Below are positions 10,818 through 23,193 of a stretch of 64,000 nucleotides of DNA, one piece after another. The DNA is taken from NCBI RefSeq assembly GCF_037042905.1, contig NC_087246.1, forward strand, positions 2,048,001 through 2,112,000. Reading direction: 5' to 3'. Both the position numbers and the translations under genes were made by a program. The notes below the pieces were generated by a model that worked only from the letters and a program-made list of their open reading frames with translations, searched no databases and was not told where the DNA came from. Source of the stretch: Lytechinus pictus (lineage: Eukaryota). Numbering within the stretch: the stretch's first letter is position 1; each line of letters begins with the position of its first letter.

Positions 10818-11806
10818 CTATGCTGCCCTCTGATTGTTGATAAGCATGATACAGATAATTGGCTCTTTTTCCATATCCACTGCATTAATTTGCACAAAAC
10901 TAATGCTTTCAGCTGAGGATGAGTAGTCATCATCTCCGACATGGTGAACATTCCTGGTCTTGCACACTAAAGAACCTTTGAAGTGATTAGGCTTACTGCA
11001 AGCTTTGCACTTTTGTCCCCATGCTGGACAGGACTCTTTTTTCATCTCATGAACCCTGTTACAGAACTTGCACTTCTTAACCTCTGATTTACCTTTCTGT
11101 AGATCTTTCCCCTTTTGTTTCTGTGTGCTATTCTTTTTCTTCCAGACTTTGGAAAATGTTTCTGTCCAACCTTATGTATGTCTTCATTCTTTTGACTCAG
11201 AGCTTTCATTTGGACAGAAGTAGCCTCTACAGCTTTACACACGTCTATAGCAGTTGTGAGGTCAGGGTCAGATCTGGAAACGAGTAGTTCTCTCATTCGA
11301 TCATCACGCACACCGAGTAGGACACGATCAACAAGCAGCTTGTCTTTCATACAGTCACATAATCCACACGTTTTGCTCATCATACGAAGAACCGTGACAT
11401 ACTGCTCAATGGATTCACCACTCTCTTGATTGCGCTGGTTGAATTTAAATCTCTCAAAGAATTCCCTGCCCTCCCCAAGGAAATGTGTGTTAAACTTGTC
11501 CATGATCACAGAACATTTGATGCTATCAGCCTCTGTGGCAAATTTCATGCCATTGTAGACGCGAAGACATTCCGGTCCAACACTGTGAAGGAGAAGGGCA
11601 GTCTGATAGCGATCAGGTTGTAGAGAGAGATTTGTGAGAATAGAGTAATTTTCCAATCGCTGGCTCCACATTTTCCACTCCTCTGCGACATTATTTCCAG
11701 CAGATGCATTAAAATGCCCAGGGGGTTGAATGGAAGGCTTAGCAAAAGTAGCTCCATGCTGAAGCTCGGAAGGAGACCCATCACCATGATTATCATTAGT
11801 CATCAT
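10818..11806 (-). pseudogene. Gypsy gag, frameshifted; protease largely deleted
   Basis: ORF 11042-11806 (ERFKFNQRNQESGESIEQYV) continues in another frame into the knuckle CPAWGQKCKACSKPNHF (ORF 10818-11045), then stops. No D(T/S)G motif before RT. Confidence 0.8.
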
Positions 11807-12018
11807 GCAATCAACAGTAGTAACAGTAAGTCAGAATGGTAGTTCACACCAATAGCGATACTGAATGTAGAAAACAGTACACAGACTTACATATGTGGGA
11901 CACATGCATGAATTACTCTCAGAAAGCTGGCGAAATCCAGGTCAAATCACAGTTTGCAGATACATAATAGAGTTTAGAGAGAAGAATAATATATGTTCTA
12001 TGGAAATATGTAACTTTT

Positions 12019-12032
12019 CACCGCTGCCTCCA
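12019..12032 (-). promoter_or_regulatory. Primer-binding site, tRNA-Leu-like
   Basis: TGGAGGCAGCGGTG next to the 5' LTR. It differs at one position from the complement of a typical tRNA-Leu 3' end (TGGTGGCAGCGGTG, recalled from memory). Confidence 0.7.
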
Positions 12033-12191
12033 TGTTTCAAGTTATATTATTAATCAGAATCAAACAGAATTACACAGCTTCTGTATAGTCGAGAGAGTAG
12101 CATTTAATAAGTAGTAAACGTTTGTAGCGGCCTCTTTTGGCAGGATCATTACATGCTCCTTAAATCTCATAAACATGCAGATATTGTAACA

Positions 12192-13212
12192 CGAAGTAGG
12201 ACGTTATCAACGTATTCCGGACTTCGGTGATTTAGAGACTTGAAAACTAGCAGCAAAATTTTGAAGGCTATCCTCTGTCTCACAGGCAACCAATGGAGCT
12301 GCAGTCGGAGAGGTTTTGTGCGAGTCTGAAGGGGAGCAGAGAAGACAAGCCTAGCAGCTGAATTCTCTAGTCTCTGAAGTCGGTCCACGGCAAGTCCTTC
12401 TGGTTGAGAACACTGAAGAGACTATTGCAGTAGTCCAGTCTGGAAAGAAGGAACAAGAGCCCTGACAGCAGCATGGCATGTTTGTGATCAATAAAACGTC
12501 TCACTCTCCACAGGTTACGATCGTGATACTTGAGGTTTCTGCAGACTAAGATGACATGATGACTGATCTGCGCAGAAGGCTCAAATGTTACCCAAAGATT
12601 GCAAAAAGACTTACATGGCTGGAAAGATTTCTCATTGATTGTCAGTCTGACGTCCTTCATGAGATCAGGTGATACATGATGAGGAGAAGCAGAGAAAAAT
12701 AATTCAGTCTTAGCATAATTGAGTTTGAGCTTGTTTAACTTCATCCAGTCATAAATTTCAGTGATACAGCATGCAGCTGAGTTTGCAAATAGCAGTATCA
12801 ACTGCCTCTGGATCAGTTGGATCAAACACAGTGTAGATCTGAATGTCATCTGCATACATGTCCAATCGGACGAAGAGTGTAAACAACAGCGGTCCGATGA
12901 CGGATCCTTGCGGAACGCCATAGTGCAAGTTGTATGTGGTCTCGACCAGACACGAGAACACGGCTACTTCGATCCTCTAGATAAGATTTAATATCTAGGG
13001 CAATTCCTCCAACCCCGAAGTTGTCCTGGAGATGATTCAGTAGAATTATGTGAGCAACTGTATCAAACGCAGCTGATAAGTCAAACATGACCATCATTAT
13101 TCCATTCTGTTTGTCAATAACCTGGATAATATCACAATCTTGAATAGTTTCCGTGCTGTGATTTTCATTGTCAGCTGACTGTAGAGGCTCAGCTAGGTCA
13201 TTGTCTTGAATG
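12192..13212 (-). mobile_element. L2 LINE RT region, degenerate
   Basis: Frameshifted peptides FDLSAAFDTV, YGVPQGSVIGPLLF, YADDIQIY, LSRLDYCNSL and LHWLPVRQRIAFKILLLVFK. Confidence 0.88.
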
Positions 13213-15365
13213 CATAGGCGGATCCAGGGGGCCCGACCCCCCCCCCCCCCCTATGGCGAAGCAAAAAAAAAGAAAAAAAGAGGAAAGAAAGAAAAAAAAA
13301 AGAAAAAGGGAGGGAAAAGCGATGAGAACAAGAAGAGGAGGAAGACGAGTGAATAAAATAAGACATGTAAGATGAGGGGAAGACCTGCAAAACATACAAA
13401 TCTTTCATGTCACTATATAAAATTTTTGCTCGCGCTTCGCGCTCACATTGCCTCTTAGGTGATTTCATATCTTGTTCAATATGGAGTTTAAAATAATATC
13501 AAGTTTGGAAGTCAATATACAAAACATATTTCATCTCGGAAATCGAACTTTCATTATTTAGTGATTTCCAAATTGATTCCTAAAAAGTGCTCTGTAAAAA
13601 TGTCAGTTTTGTGATCTGAATATTAACATTTTCTGCTCGCGCTGCGCGCTCATTTTCATGTATTCCATAAGTTTTCAAAATATCCCTTCTCAGGTCTGAT
13701 TGTCAAAACGTATCAGGTAGCGCGTTGCACGCTCGCATTTTGATTAGCGAGTTATGAATGTCTCAATATTGATTATCAACAAACTACTTAAAATCCCCTG
13801 TTCATGACAGTGTATACAAAATTTAGGCTGACAATTTGCGCTCGCATTAATGGTTAAAAATAATATTAACTGATGCATCCCATTTATAATTACAAAAGTG
13901 CTTGAAATGTCCAGTTTTTAGGCCATAATGTCATTAGATTTTGCGCCCTCATTAGGCATTAACGAACAAGATATCAATTTTTAATGGTTGAATTGTCCCA
14001 TTTGTTTCATCTCGCGCTTAGCAAGAGGTTAAGAAGACAGTCATCATTTTCATATGATGACATGTCCTAAGGATGTCCCGGTCCTATGTCATGTATGTCA
14101 AAACTCAAAGCAATTATAATAAAAATATTAGCTCTTTATTAAGTGCGATCTATATCCACCTCACAATTTTCCTACAAAGTGCTTGAAATATAGAGCTGAA
14201 ATTGACACTTTTTTTCAGATCGGAATATCAAATAGTTTAAGCTCGCGCTTCGCGCTGACTTTGATTTTAATGATAAAAGATGTATTTAGAATGCCTAGAT
14301 TATAGGTCTAAATATGAATTCATATACTCGACTTGTTCTCTATTTATATCATTATTCAGTTTCAGATCACAATATCAAAAAATTTCCGCTCGCGCTTTGT
14401 GGTCGCATTATTAATGTAGGAAGATCCCCTATTACTCATTCTTTTCATGATTTACAAAAAAAAAACATGAATAGAGTGTCCCGTTTTTTTTATCTAAATC
14501 TCGATTTTTTCCGCTCGCATTAATTGTTTAATTATATAGCTATCTTGTTCACGATTACAGAAATTAATTAAAATTTTCCATTCTTTATGTAGAAATGTCA
14601 AAAAATTTCAGCTCGCGCTTTGCGCCCGCATTATTTGATTGCTTAAATATGTAACGTCTTCATGGCTAAGTGTAAGCAGTCCTTTTCGATCAGTTCAAAA
14701 CGTATAAAAAAAATTCTGCTCGCGCTTTGCGCTCGCATTATCAATGTAAGGAAGATCCCCAATTGCTCATCATTTTCATGATTTACAAAACATGAATAGA
14801 GTGTCTCGTTAAGTGGGTCTAAATCTCGAAATTTTCCGCTCGCGCTTCGTGCTCGCATCAATAATCCTATTCTGTTTAAGTTACAAAAGTGCTTAGAATT
14901 TCAATTTTTTAGGTAAAAATGTCACAAAATTTCAGCTCGCGCATTTCGCTCGCATTATTTGATCTTTAAAATATGTAACGTTTTCATGACTTACTGCATG
15001 TAGTCTATAACAGGTACCTTATCCATCAGTTCATTTCTGCTTGCGCTTCGCGTTCGTAGTAATTATTTATATGCATACACATATTTTTCAGGATAACAAA
15101 CATTGCTCAGAATGTTCGAATTTTAGGAAAAATACATAAGATTTCCAAAAAAATTAGCTCGCAATTCGCGCTCGCATTATATTAATAATAAAGGATTACG
15201 ATATTATATATATTTATGCTGATTTATAAGAATAAAGCTAAGAAGTGACTATTAGGACTACCCCTTCAAATAAACCAAAAACCATCTTCGTGCGGCCGAT
15301 CGGGGAAAATATGGCTTTAAAAAATTCCACCCACCCCCTATTGGCGAAGGCTGGATCCGCCCCTG
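13213..15365. mobile_element. Non-autonomous TIR DNA transposon with 6-bp TSD and internal degenerate GCTCGCGCTTCGCGCTCGCA repeats
   Basis: Termini CATAGGCGGATCCAG...CTGGATCCGCCCCTG. TSD TGAATG at 13207-13212 and 15366-15371. It interrupts the L2 ORF2. Confidence 0.85.
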
Positions 15366-16000
15366 TGAATGTGCTCTGTTAATTGTCTGAGCATGACCCG
15401 CTCAATGATCTTTGACCTAAACTGTATGTTTGAAACTGGGCGATAACTCTGCAAGGCATAAATGATTCCTTCTTGATGACTGGCAACACTATCGCCTCTT
15501 TAAGATCAGTAGGAAACACACCACTGGTCAACAGACAGTTAAGTAATAATGCGCACAAGTTCAGAAATTACAACATTAATGTATTTCTTCAACAGCCATG
15601 TTGGTAGAAGGTCAAGCTCTTTGAAGGTGACCTCTTCAGCAAACTCAAGAAAGTGATGAGCTACCCCCGCAAGACGGTGGCATCAGGTGAGGATCAATGT
15701 CAGTATCAAGTTCACTCCGAATATTCAACACGTTGTCAGGGAAGAACAAGTCTATCTGCTTATTTTCCCCGAAGATCGTGTACTGGGAGAATAGTTTCAT
15801 TAGTTTTTAGTAACTTTCTGAGTACACGAAAGGTAGTTTCAGGAGTACAATCAGCTAGAACATCAGTGAAATATTCACGTTTAACCATGATGATACACCG
15901 TTTGACATGTAGCTTTGCATCATGGAGAGTATTCCAGTTAGTATCTGTTTTATTCTTCCTCCCTTTGTTCTCACAGCGACGGCGTTCACGACGTGAATCC
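15366..16000 (-). mobile_element. L2 LINE ORF2, upstream continuation (pre-RT region)
   Basis: The minus strand gives LDLLPTWLLKK, GVFPTDLKEAIVLPVIKK and YRPVSNIQF..KIIER, plus ORF 15760-16101 (RRERRRCENK). Confidence 0.8.
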
Positions 16001-16655
16001 CCAATTGTACAAAGGGGCATATCACCAGGAAGCGGGGATGCTGAAGCACCCCCAAGATTTTCTTTGGGATTGCTGTGTGTATTATTCTCCATTAGCAGCA
16101 CCCCATTGGAATTCTAGTAGGTGTGAGAAATTGATAATGTAACACAAAAATGCCCCCCCACCCTTTTTTTTTTTTTTTTTTTTAAATATAATTTTTTTGC
16201 TGTCAAATATACATCAGCACCCCAATTAAAATATTGTTCCGAGGGCCCTGCCCAACCCCCGTGTATTTTTCCCATAATTTCTAATCATATATATAGGGAG
16301 GGCACAACCTTTCTATGGGCACCATCAGGTCATGATAGAATCTGAGCTCAAAAACCAGTGATTAAATAGATCACAAAACTTTATTCTTTTAAATAAATGG
16401 TCAAAATTGGCTCACCTTTTATCCATATTTTGTGCGTGCCTTACTTCTGTTTCCCTATTTTTTGTATATCGTAAAATTGAAATGCCTTGGTCTTGGGTTT
16501 CCAAGCCTTGGCCTTGGGTATTGAAGCCTTGTCCTTGAGGGTTTGGGCCTTGACTGCAACACTGTCTTGTACAAGGCAGCCAAAATTCAAAAGTTCATAC
16601 CGAAATATTATATCGTCATTGGTGTCTGAGTTTACAACCAAAGCAAAGAGTCGTT

Positions 16656-17108
16656 GAGGCTGTTCTCACTACGTTCCTAAAACTAGTTTAGTGGAAACTA
16701 GTTTAACGCGTAGTGAGAACGGTCGAAGCGGTCTTGGAAGCGATCTTCCAAACCAGTTTGGAAAACCACCTCGCGATGTAGTTTTCTAGATCGCTTTGCC
16801 TCGTTAAACTGGTTTTGGCGTAAGTGAGGACACAACCGTTCTTCGGGAAACGATCTTCGCATATTTTGAGCGCGCTACTCCACACGACAGGTGTAGAATG
16901 CCTATGCTGCGGTTTCGAATTTCGCGCGAAACGTGTCACCCCACTGAGAGCGTTTCCATAGCAACAAGAGCGCTTTACGTGAAGTGATTTTGAAAACCAC
17001 TTTCGTGTGATCAAGTGGGAACGCTCGCAAAGCGATCTTCCAAACAAAGTGGTTTCCTGAATCGGTTTCCAGTAAACTAGTTTTAGAAAGCGTAATGAGA
17101 ACGGCCTC
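16656..17108. mobile_element. MITE with about 40-bp TIRs and 3-bp TSD (PIF/Harbinger-like)
   Basis: GAGGCTGTTCTCACTACGTTCCTAAAACTAGTTT ... AAACTAGTTTTAGAAAGCGTAATGAGAACGGCCTC, flanked by GTT on both sides. Confidence 0.75.
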
Positions 17109-19590
17109 GTTGTAACTGTTCAGTTTTCCTAGATTGAGAATTGCGATTAAGTAATTGTAGTAGACATGGTAGAAAGGCATAGATGATATTCCAACAATTA
17201 AAATCCAAGAAGCAATTCGGTAGTGTGCCTGTGGCCTGGAACCAGAGATTAGCTAATCTCTTGCCACAGGCACACTGGTCTCATTTTAGAATGAAATATA
17301 CTGCCAATATCCATGGTATTTTTTTCCACAAAAAATAAAGATGGCCGTCATTATTGCAAATTTCAATGGTCATCTGCATTGAAAACGTATAAATTCATTC
17401 ACTAGACACCTTTGGTAATTTTGTTTTTAATGGTTAAAATTCTGGTTTTGGTTTCATCAGAAAATTTCCCTGCAAATTTCAGTGAAATGTTACCCTTCCT
17501 ATAACTTTTTTTTCGAGTAAATGTTACATAAGTGGTGTCTGGCAGCAATTATGGCTCAGTACATGAATTGCAGGCACATGTTTAGCACACTATGTTCTTC
17601 GTCACAATCCCGCAATGCAAGACATGCAGCATCAACTATGAGGTACCGTGAAAACGTTGAAGGTGTTGGGGCGAAAGTTAGGTGTGAATGACGTGTTCAA
17701 CAGAGATTGAAGCTAGGTAGGTAGTTAATATGTAAATGCCATGCAGTAAATCACAAAAAAGTTAACAGAGGAAATAGGATTTCACTGAAATTTTGAAGGG
17801 AAAACTCTGATGAAACAAAAACCTTACAACAAAGAAGGTTTCGTGCTTGTAAAGTAAAATCCCAAAACTGGGAAAAAGTAGGTTTTGTACCCTTCGCCTT
17901 CGATGGACCATAATTCTGTGACCCGTGACAATAACGCAAGGATGGTGTCAAATTAAAGTTGATGAGTTACTCAGTTATGCAAATAGAAATCACAAGAAGT
18001 GTATTTTTGAAAAAGCTGACCTTTAAACTTCGGTTATCTTTTTTTAGACACACCCTGTAAATCAAAAGATCGCACTCTCATTAGGTCAATTAATTAACGA
18101 GATACATACCTTTCTCATGAATTCCTACGAAAAGTCCTAGATCGGAATATCAAATAATTTCAGATGGCATGCACTTGGAGCTCGCTTCATTGAAAAGGTG
18201 TGATCCATTTCCTATGAAATTTACCCCTTTCCAGATCGGAATATAAAAACTTCTCAGCTTGCGCTCGCATAATTATCTATAGGAAGAAACTTATATTTTC
18301 TTTACGGAGGTATATGAAGGTAAGTTATTTTCCGCCCCTCCCTATATTGGCGTTTGTATGGAAACATCAAATAATTTTAATTTCATGTAACAGAAGCACC
18401 TAACCTAACTTGGCCACAAGTTCAGAGGCAGATTTATTGTGGTCAATGTCCTTGAAGTTCCTGTATGTTAAAAGACGAAGGCGTAATCTCTGGATGACTC
18501 ACTCTAATGTGACTTAAAACATATGGAAAAAGAATGAAGGTATCGTAAATAATTATATTATTCCATGCAATATGATAAGGATAGAATGAAGGACAATTAT
18601 TTCAGTAGGTTGAAATGAAAAACAATATTTCAAAATTCGTAATGTCCGAAAAAGTTACTTCATCTGTTATACTTCACTGGTTGCCCGTAATATAGAGCGA
18701 ATGCAATTCAAGATTTTGTTGCTTACTTGGAAAATTGTTAATGGTTGCGCTCCTCATTGTTTTAATGATTCTATCTCGGAATATGTGACCTCGAGTCTAG
18801 AATTCTAAGATCTTCGGAAATCGGGATGTTGACAACTCGTAGAATCAAATGCTCATTTTATCAGTTTGTATCGATCTGGAAAATAAATTCCTCTTGTCGT
18901 TACAGCTTTAGCTTCTCGAAATCTTCTAACCTGTCTAATCAAATGTTTGAAATAATCGAGGACAGGAAAAGCATCAAGGAGCAATTAGAAAGTTTCATGT
19001 AGAAGTCCATCACCGCCATGATTGTACAGAAGAAAGAAAATGCACAGAACGTAGAGCGGCAGTGAAAGTTTGCATAAATCAATAGAGGGCAGGGGCAATG
19101 AGTTTCTGGTGTGTTTTCTGATAGAAAAGGTGAATAGTATATCAGCGGTATATATGAGATTCCCAAGTTCGCTCCCACACACTCAAATGATATTACACCC
19201 CTTTAAGTAACCAACACGTATTTTTCTATCAGTATGGGCTTATACCATAATTATAAAGAATATCACTACATTGTTTTTCCACCGTGAAATCTGGAGTTGG
19301 AGGACGATTGTATCATCATCCTCTTGCTGTCTACGCTTCTTCACTAGGGCACAAAGGCTCTCATACAATGTATTTTGTACCTCGAATACAATCTTCACAC
19401 TGGCCATAAGCGCCGCTACAGTACCGAGACTGTCCCGAGACTCTACCGGTGTTGCCATCTTAATAAACTACCCCGGGATATCCTCGCCACGATATATAAC
19501 TCTGCAACAAACTGTCGCTAGGAAAGCAATAGTAACAGCAGCGGGACAGCCCCGCGACTGTTGCGGTGTCCCCTCAGTGTGAAGGTCTCA

Positions 19591-20848
19591 CCCGGGGGGG
19601 GGGGCACTTACATTGACGAGTGGATACCATGCGCGGCCAAAAAAAACCGTGAAAAGGATGTCTTTTTCAAGATAGGGCACGTTACGTACGTAATGTAATA
19701 AGGGTGTCAAAAACACTAAAATAATGAAAAAAGGGTATCTATTTCGCTAGGAATTTGCGAGGGTATAAATAGACTAAAATATTTTATAAAGGATGTACTT
19801 TTTGCCCCGTCAACAATACGTGTTTTGCGGGAGGTGTGGAGGTTGGGCCGTACTATACCCAATGATGTAGGTAAAGGTAAAACCGACGACCGGCGTCCAT
19901 GTGACATAGCTAAAATATCGCTGTACTTGTTCATCATCATCATCATCCGTTAAAGTACAGTCCACCAGGTTGGTGTATCATCGTACTTGTAGAATTGTAC
20001 AGGAGTATGTACAGTGCTGTGGAAGATCTATTCTACGTGCGGTTAAAAGAATCAGCGCAGTCTTGGCGCAATTGGATTTTCTGCACCTCAGCCTTGAAGC
20101 TGGCTACTGAAGTGCAGTTAACTGTAATGGCAGGGAGAATATTCCACAGTCTAATGGCATCAGGAATAAAAGTTTTCTGATAAGTAACAGTGCGAGCATG
20201 TGGGACATGTAACCTCATCTGATGACCACGAAGCGAGGTGGAAGTAGCAGCCTGGTTGAAGTACTGAACCGTTGGTACATCAACAATTGTGTTTACCAAG
20301 CGATAAACCATCACCACCTTGAACTGGGCTCTTCTCTCTTCAAGGGTGGGCCACTGTAGCTGTCGTAGCATATCGGTGACACTGCTAGTGCGATTATGGT
20401 CTCCCATGGTGAATCTAGCATATCGCCGCTGCACCATCTCCAGCTTCCGGGTGTTGACCTTGGTGAAGGGGTCCCACACTTCACATCCATATTCCAGGAC
20501 AGGTCTGAGGAGAGATTTGTAACATAGAACCTTGACACTTCTTGGGCATGAGTTGGCCTTCTTGGTGACCATGCTAATATGGTGGTTCCACTTCATGTTC
20601 TGATGAATATGAACACCAAGGTATTTTGCAGAGCTGACCTTTTGTAAAGGTTGATCATGAATGGAGTATGTCATGTTTAGTGGTTTCTGCTTGTTGGTTA
20701 CTGAGACAGTTTAGGGGTACAATTCAGGGAATACTTGCCAAGGGTGTATTTTTGTTTCCAATTCCTGTTAACGGTAGGGTTTCACAAGCCAATTCTTGTT
20801 AAGGGGTGCGCATGGTATCCACCCGTCAATGGGAGTGGCCCCCCGGGG
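19591..20848. mobile_element. Non-autonomous TIR element (CCCGGG termini) carrying a LINE insertion
   Basis: TIRs CCCGGGG..CACT.ACATTGACGAGTGGATACCA / TGGTATCCACCCGTCAATGGGAGTGG..CCCGGG. Same family as 27045-27343. Confidence 0.75.
19932..20706 (-). mobile_element. 5'-truncated CR1-group LINE (ORF2 C-terminus) with (GAT)n tail
   Basis: ORF 20033-20674 contains KYLGV, YKSLLRPVLEYGCEVWDP, LEMVQRRYARF and FIPDAIRLWN. The tail reads (CAT)n on the + strand at 19932. Confidence 0.85.
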
Positions 20849-20862
20849 CATCACTTTAATGC

Positions 20863-20930
20863 GGGGGCGTCATGGTCTAGTGGTTATGACTCTCGTCTTT
20901 CAATCTAAAGGATAGTTGTTCGATTCCCCG
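20863..20930 (+). mobile_element. tRNA-derived SINE head or tRNA pseudogene
   Basis: A-box TGGTCTAGTGG and B-box GTTCGATTCC; the acceptor stem is not intact. Confidence 0.55.
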
Positions 20931-21138
20931 TCCTCAAGTATTTCCAGTGTATCAGTCGGAGACTCACGGGGTCACAAGCCTACACGTGTTTTGTTACGGA
21001 TGTCACAAAAATCACCTGCTGCAGTACGTGTGGATGGATACATAAAATTTATCCCGGGACTGCGTGTCCCAGGATAACCTTTCTACTGTGAATGCATTTA
21101 CAATTGCTTTATAGCGGGTTACAGCGCACCGGTATTAA

Positions 21139-22352
21139 AGGGATGGTCCCGGCCGGGCTGAAAATATTTATATATAAATAAATAGGGTAAAATTCACAGA
21201 GCAAAATGCTGAAAATTTCAAAAAAAATCGGATAACCAATTACAAAGTTATTGAATTGTAAATTTTATCAATATTTTGTGAAAACAGTTATATGCACATC
21301 GTCATGAATATTCATTAGGTGGGCTGATGATGTCACATCCCCACTTTCCTTTTTGTTATGTTGTAACATGAAATCATAAATGTTTCATTTTTTCATACGT
21401 GTATATGATGTGTCTCCATTATGATAAATAAGTTGCGGCAATAAATAACTAATGCACTTAATCAGTTGTCAATCCAATTGTTTTAGTTCTTGGTAGAAAA
21501 TTTGTGAATAAACCTAATTTCATATAATAAAATACAAAATAACAAGTGGGGATATGACATCATCAGCCCACCTAATGAATATTCATAAAGACATGCCTAG
21601 AACTGTTTCACCGGAATAATGCAATTATTTAAAATTCATTAAAGGTCAAGTCCACCTCAGAAAAATGTTGATTTGAATTGATAGAGAAAAATCAGACAAG
21701 CATAATGCTGAAAATTTCATCCAAATCGGATGTAAAATAAGAATGTTATGACATATTTAAGCTTCGCTTATTTTTCACAAAATAGTTACATGCGCAATTT
21801 AGTTGCATGCAAATGAGAGAATCGATGATGTCACTCACTCACTATTTCTTTTGTTTTTTATTGTTTGAATTATACAATATTTCAATTTTTACAGATTTGA
21901 CAATAAGGACCAACTTGACTGAACCATAAAATCTTAAACAATGGTAATTCCACATGTCCAGGGAGAAATACAACTTTGTTCCACAGGACAATGCGGAGAA
22001 AATTAGAATACTTCGTATTTCATATAATGAAATACAAAAGAAATAGTGAGTGAATGATGTCATCAGTTCCCTCATTTGCATACCAACCGGAATGTGCGTA
22101 TAACTGTTATGTGAAATTAAGCAAAACTTAAAAATATCATAACATTCTTATTTTACATCCGATTTAGATGAAATTTTCAGCATTATGCTAGTTGGAATTT
22201 TCTCTTTTTATTCAAATCAACTTTTTGTTGGGGTGGACTTGTCCTTAAACTTCGTTATTTGTCATCCGATTTTGATAAAATTTTCAGCATTTTGCTATGT
22301 GAATTTTACTCTATTTATTGAGATATAAATATTTCCAGCCTGGACCATCCCT
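21139..22352. mobile_element. Kolobok-like non-autonomous element (TTAA TSD)
   Basis: TTAA|AGGGATGGTCC ... GGACCATCCCT|TTAA, with long imperfect TIRs and a second element nested inside. Confidence 0.75.
21643..22245. mobile_element. Nested Kolobok-like element
   Basis: TTAA|AGGTCAAGTCCACC ... GGTGGACTTGTCCT. A second copy lies at 32398-33011. Confidence 0.75.
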
Positions 22353-22367
22353 TTAATTTGAAAACAG

Positions 22368-22647
22368 CGTGAAGACGGTACAATCAACAGCAGCTATCAA
22401 CAGGTGCAGTCTTGCACCATAAATTACGAAGGGTCAAATTCAAATATGCCCGATTTTTTTTCTTCGTCAAACTATACAGGCCTTGTTTCCTGCAATGATA
22501 CCAAACTGATGCCAAATGGAACATTCCCACTGACAGCTCTAGCAAGTTATCCAGGTTCTGGAAATACATGGGTGAGGCATCTTATAGAGACATCAACCGG
22601 GTACGCTACGGGAGACGTTTATCGAAGCTACATACTCGTCAATGCAG
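22368..22647 (+). CDS. WSCD1/2-like sulfotransferase, first visible coding exon (5'-PSB loop)
   Basis: TALASYPGSGNTWVRHLIETSTG motif and GT donor after 22647 (phase 1). The 5' acceptor is uncertain and upstream exons were not identified. Confidence 0.8.
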
Positions 22648-23193
22648 GTACCTTCACACCCGCTCCTTTTCCCCACCCTATTTTCTGTATCTATACTTCA
22701 GAATCCTCTTAATTCCGTTCATATTGAAATAGTTTATTGCGGGTCCGAGAATTCACACTGACGGCAACACCACTACAGTCTTGGGACAGTCCCGGTACTA
22801 TAGTGGTGCTTTTGACCAGTGTGAAGACGGTACAAGGGGCGTAATACACGAGAAACTGAATAAAGGTAATCATATAAGGAAGTCGATGAATATGGTCACA
22901 GGTAAGATTGCAATGGAAAAGTTGATAAAACTTATCAATAAGCTAGGGTGCCTCGATCCTGAGAATGAATTACATGTACAGAGCACCATAAGCCAAAACA
23001 GTGTCTAGAACTGCATGGATGTTTTATTTAACCCCCCCCCCCACACACACACACAATGTTGACATTGTATGCTATGTGCTAGGTAAAATATGAAATACTG
23101 TATAGATTGTAAAATAGCCTTATTAAGGACATAGGCCTATTGAAGCTTTTCGACTTGCACTCATCGGAGTAAAATCGCATATAGAACGCTAAA

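Larger units (their letters stand above)
7447..12191 (-). mobile_element. Ty3/Gypsy (Mag-like) LTR retrotransposon
   Basis: 159-bp TG...CA LTRs at 7447-7605 and 12033-12191, with 2 mismatches seen. 5-bp TSD CGAAG at 7442-7446 and 12192-12196. PPT CAAAGAAGGGAGGA. PBS TGGAGGCAGCGGTG. Confidence 0.95.

Noticed and set aside
18400..18500. Further L2 fragment (YRNFKDID on the minus strand)
   Set aside because: Plausible, but too short to support as a feature.
19240..19582. Possible transposase or host-gene fragment
   Set aside because: No recognisable motif or supported exon chain.
20863..20930. Functional tRNA gene
   Set aside because: A and B boxes are present, but the stems do not close into a cloverleaf.
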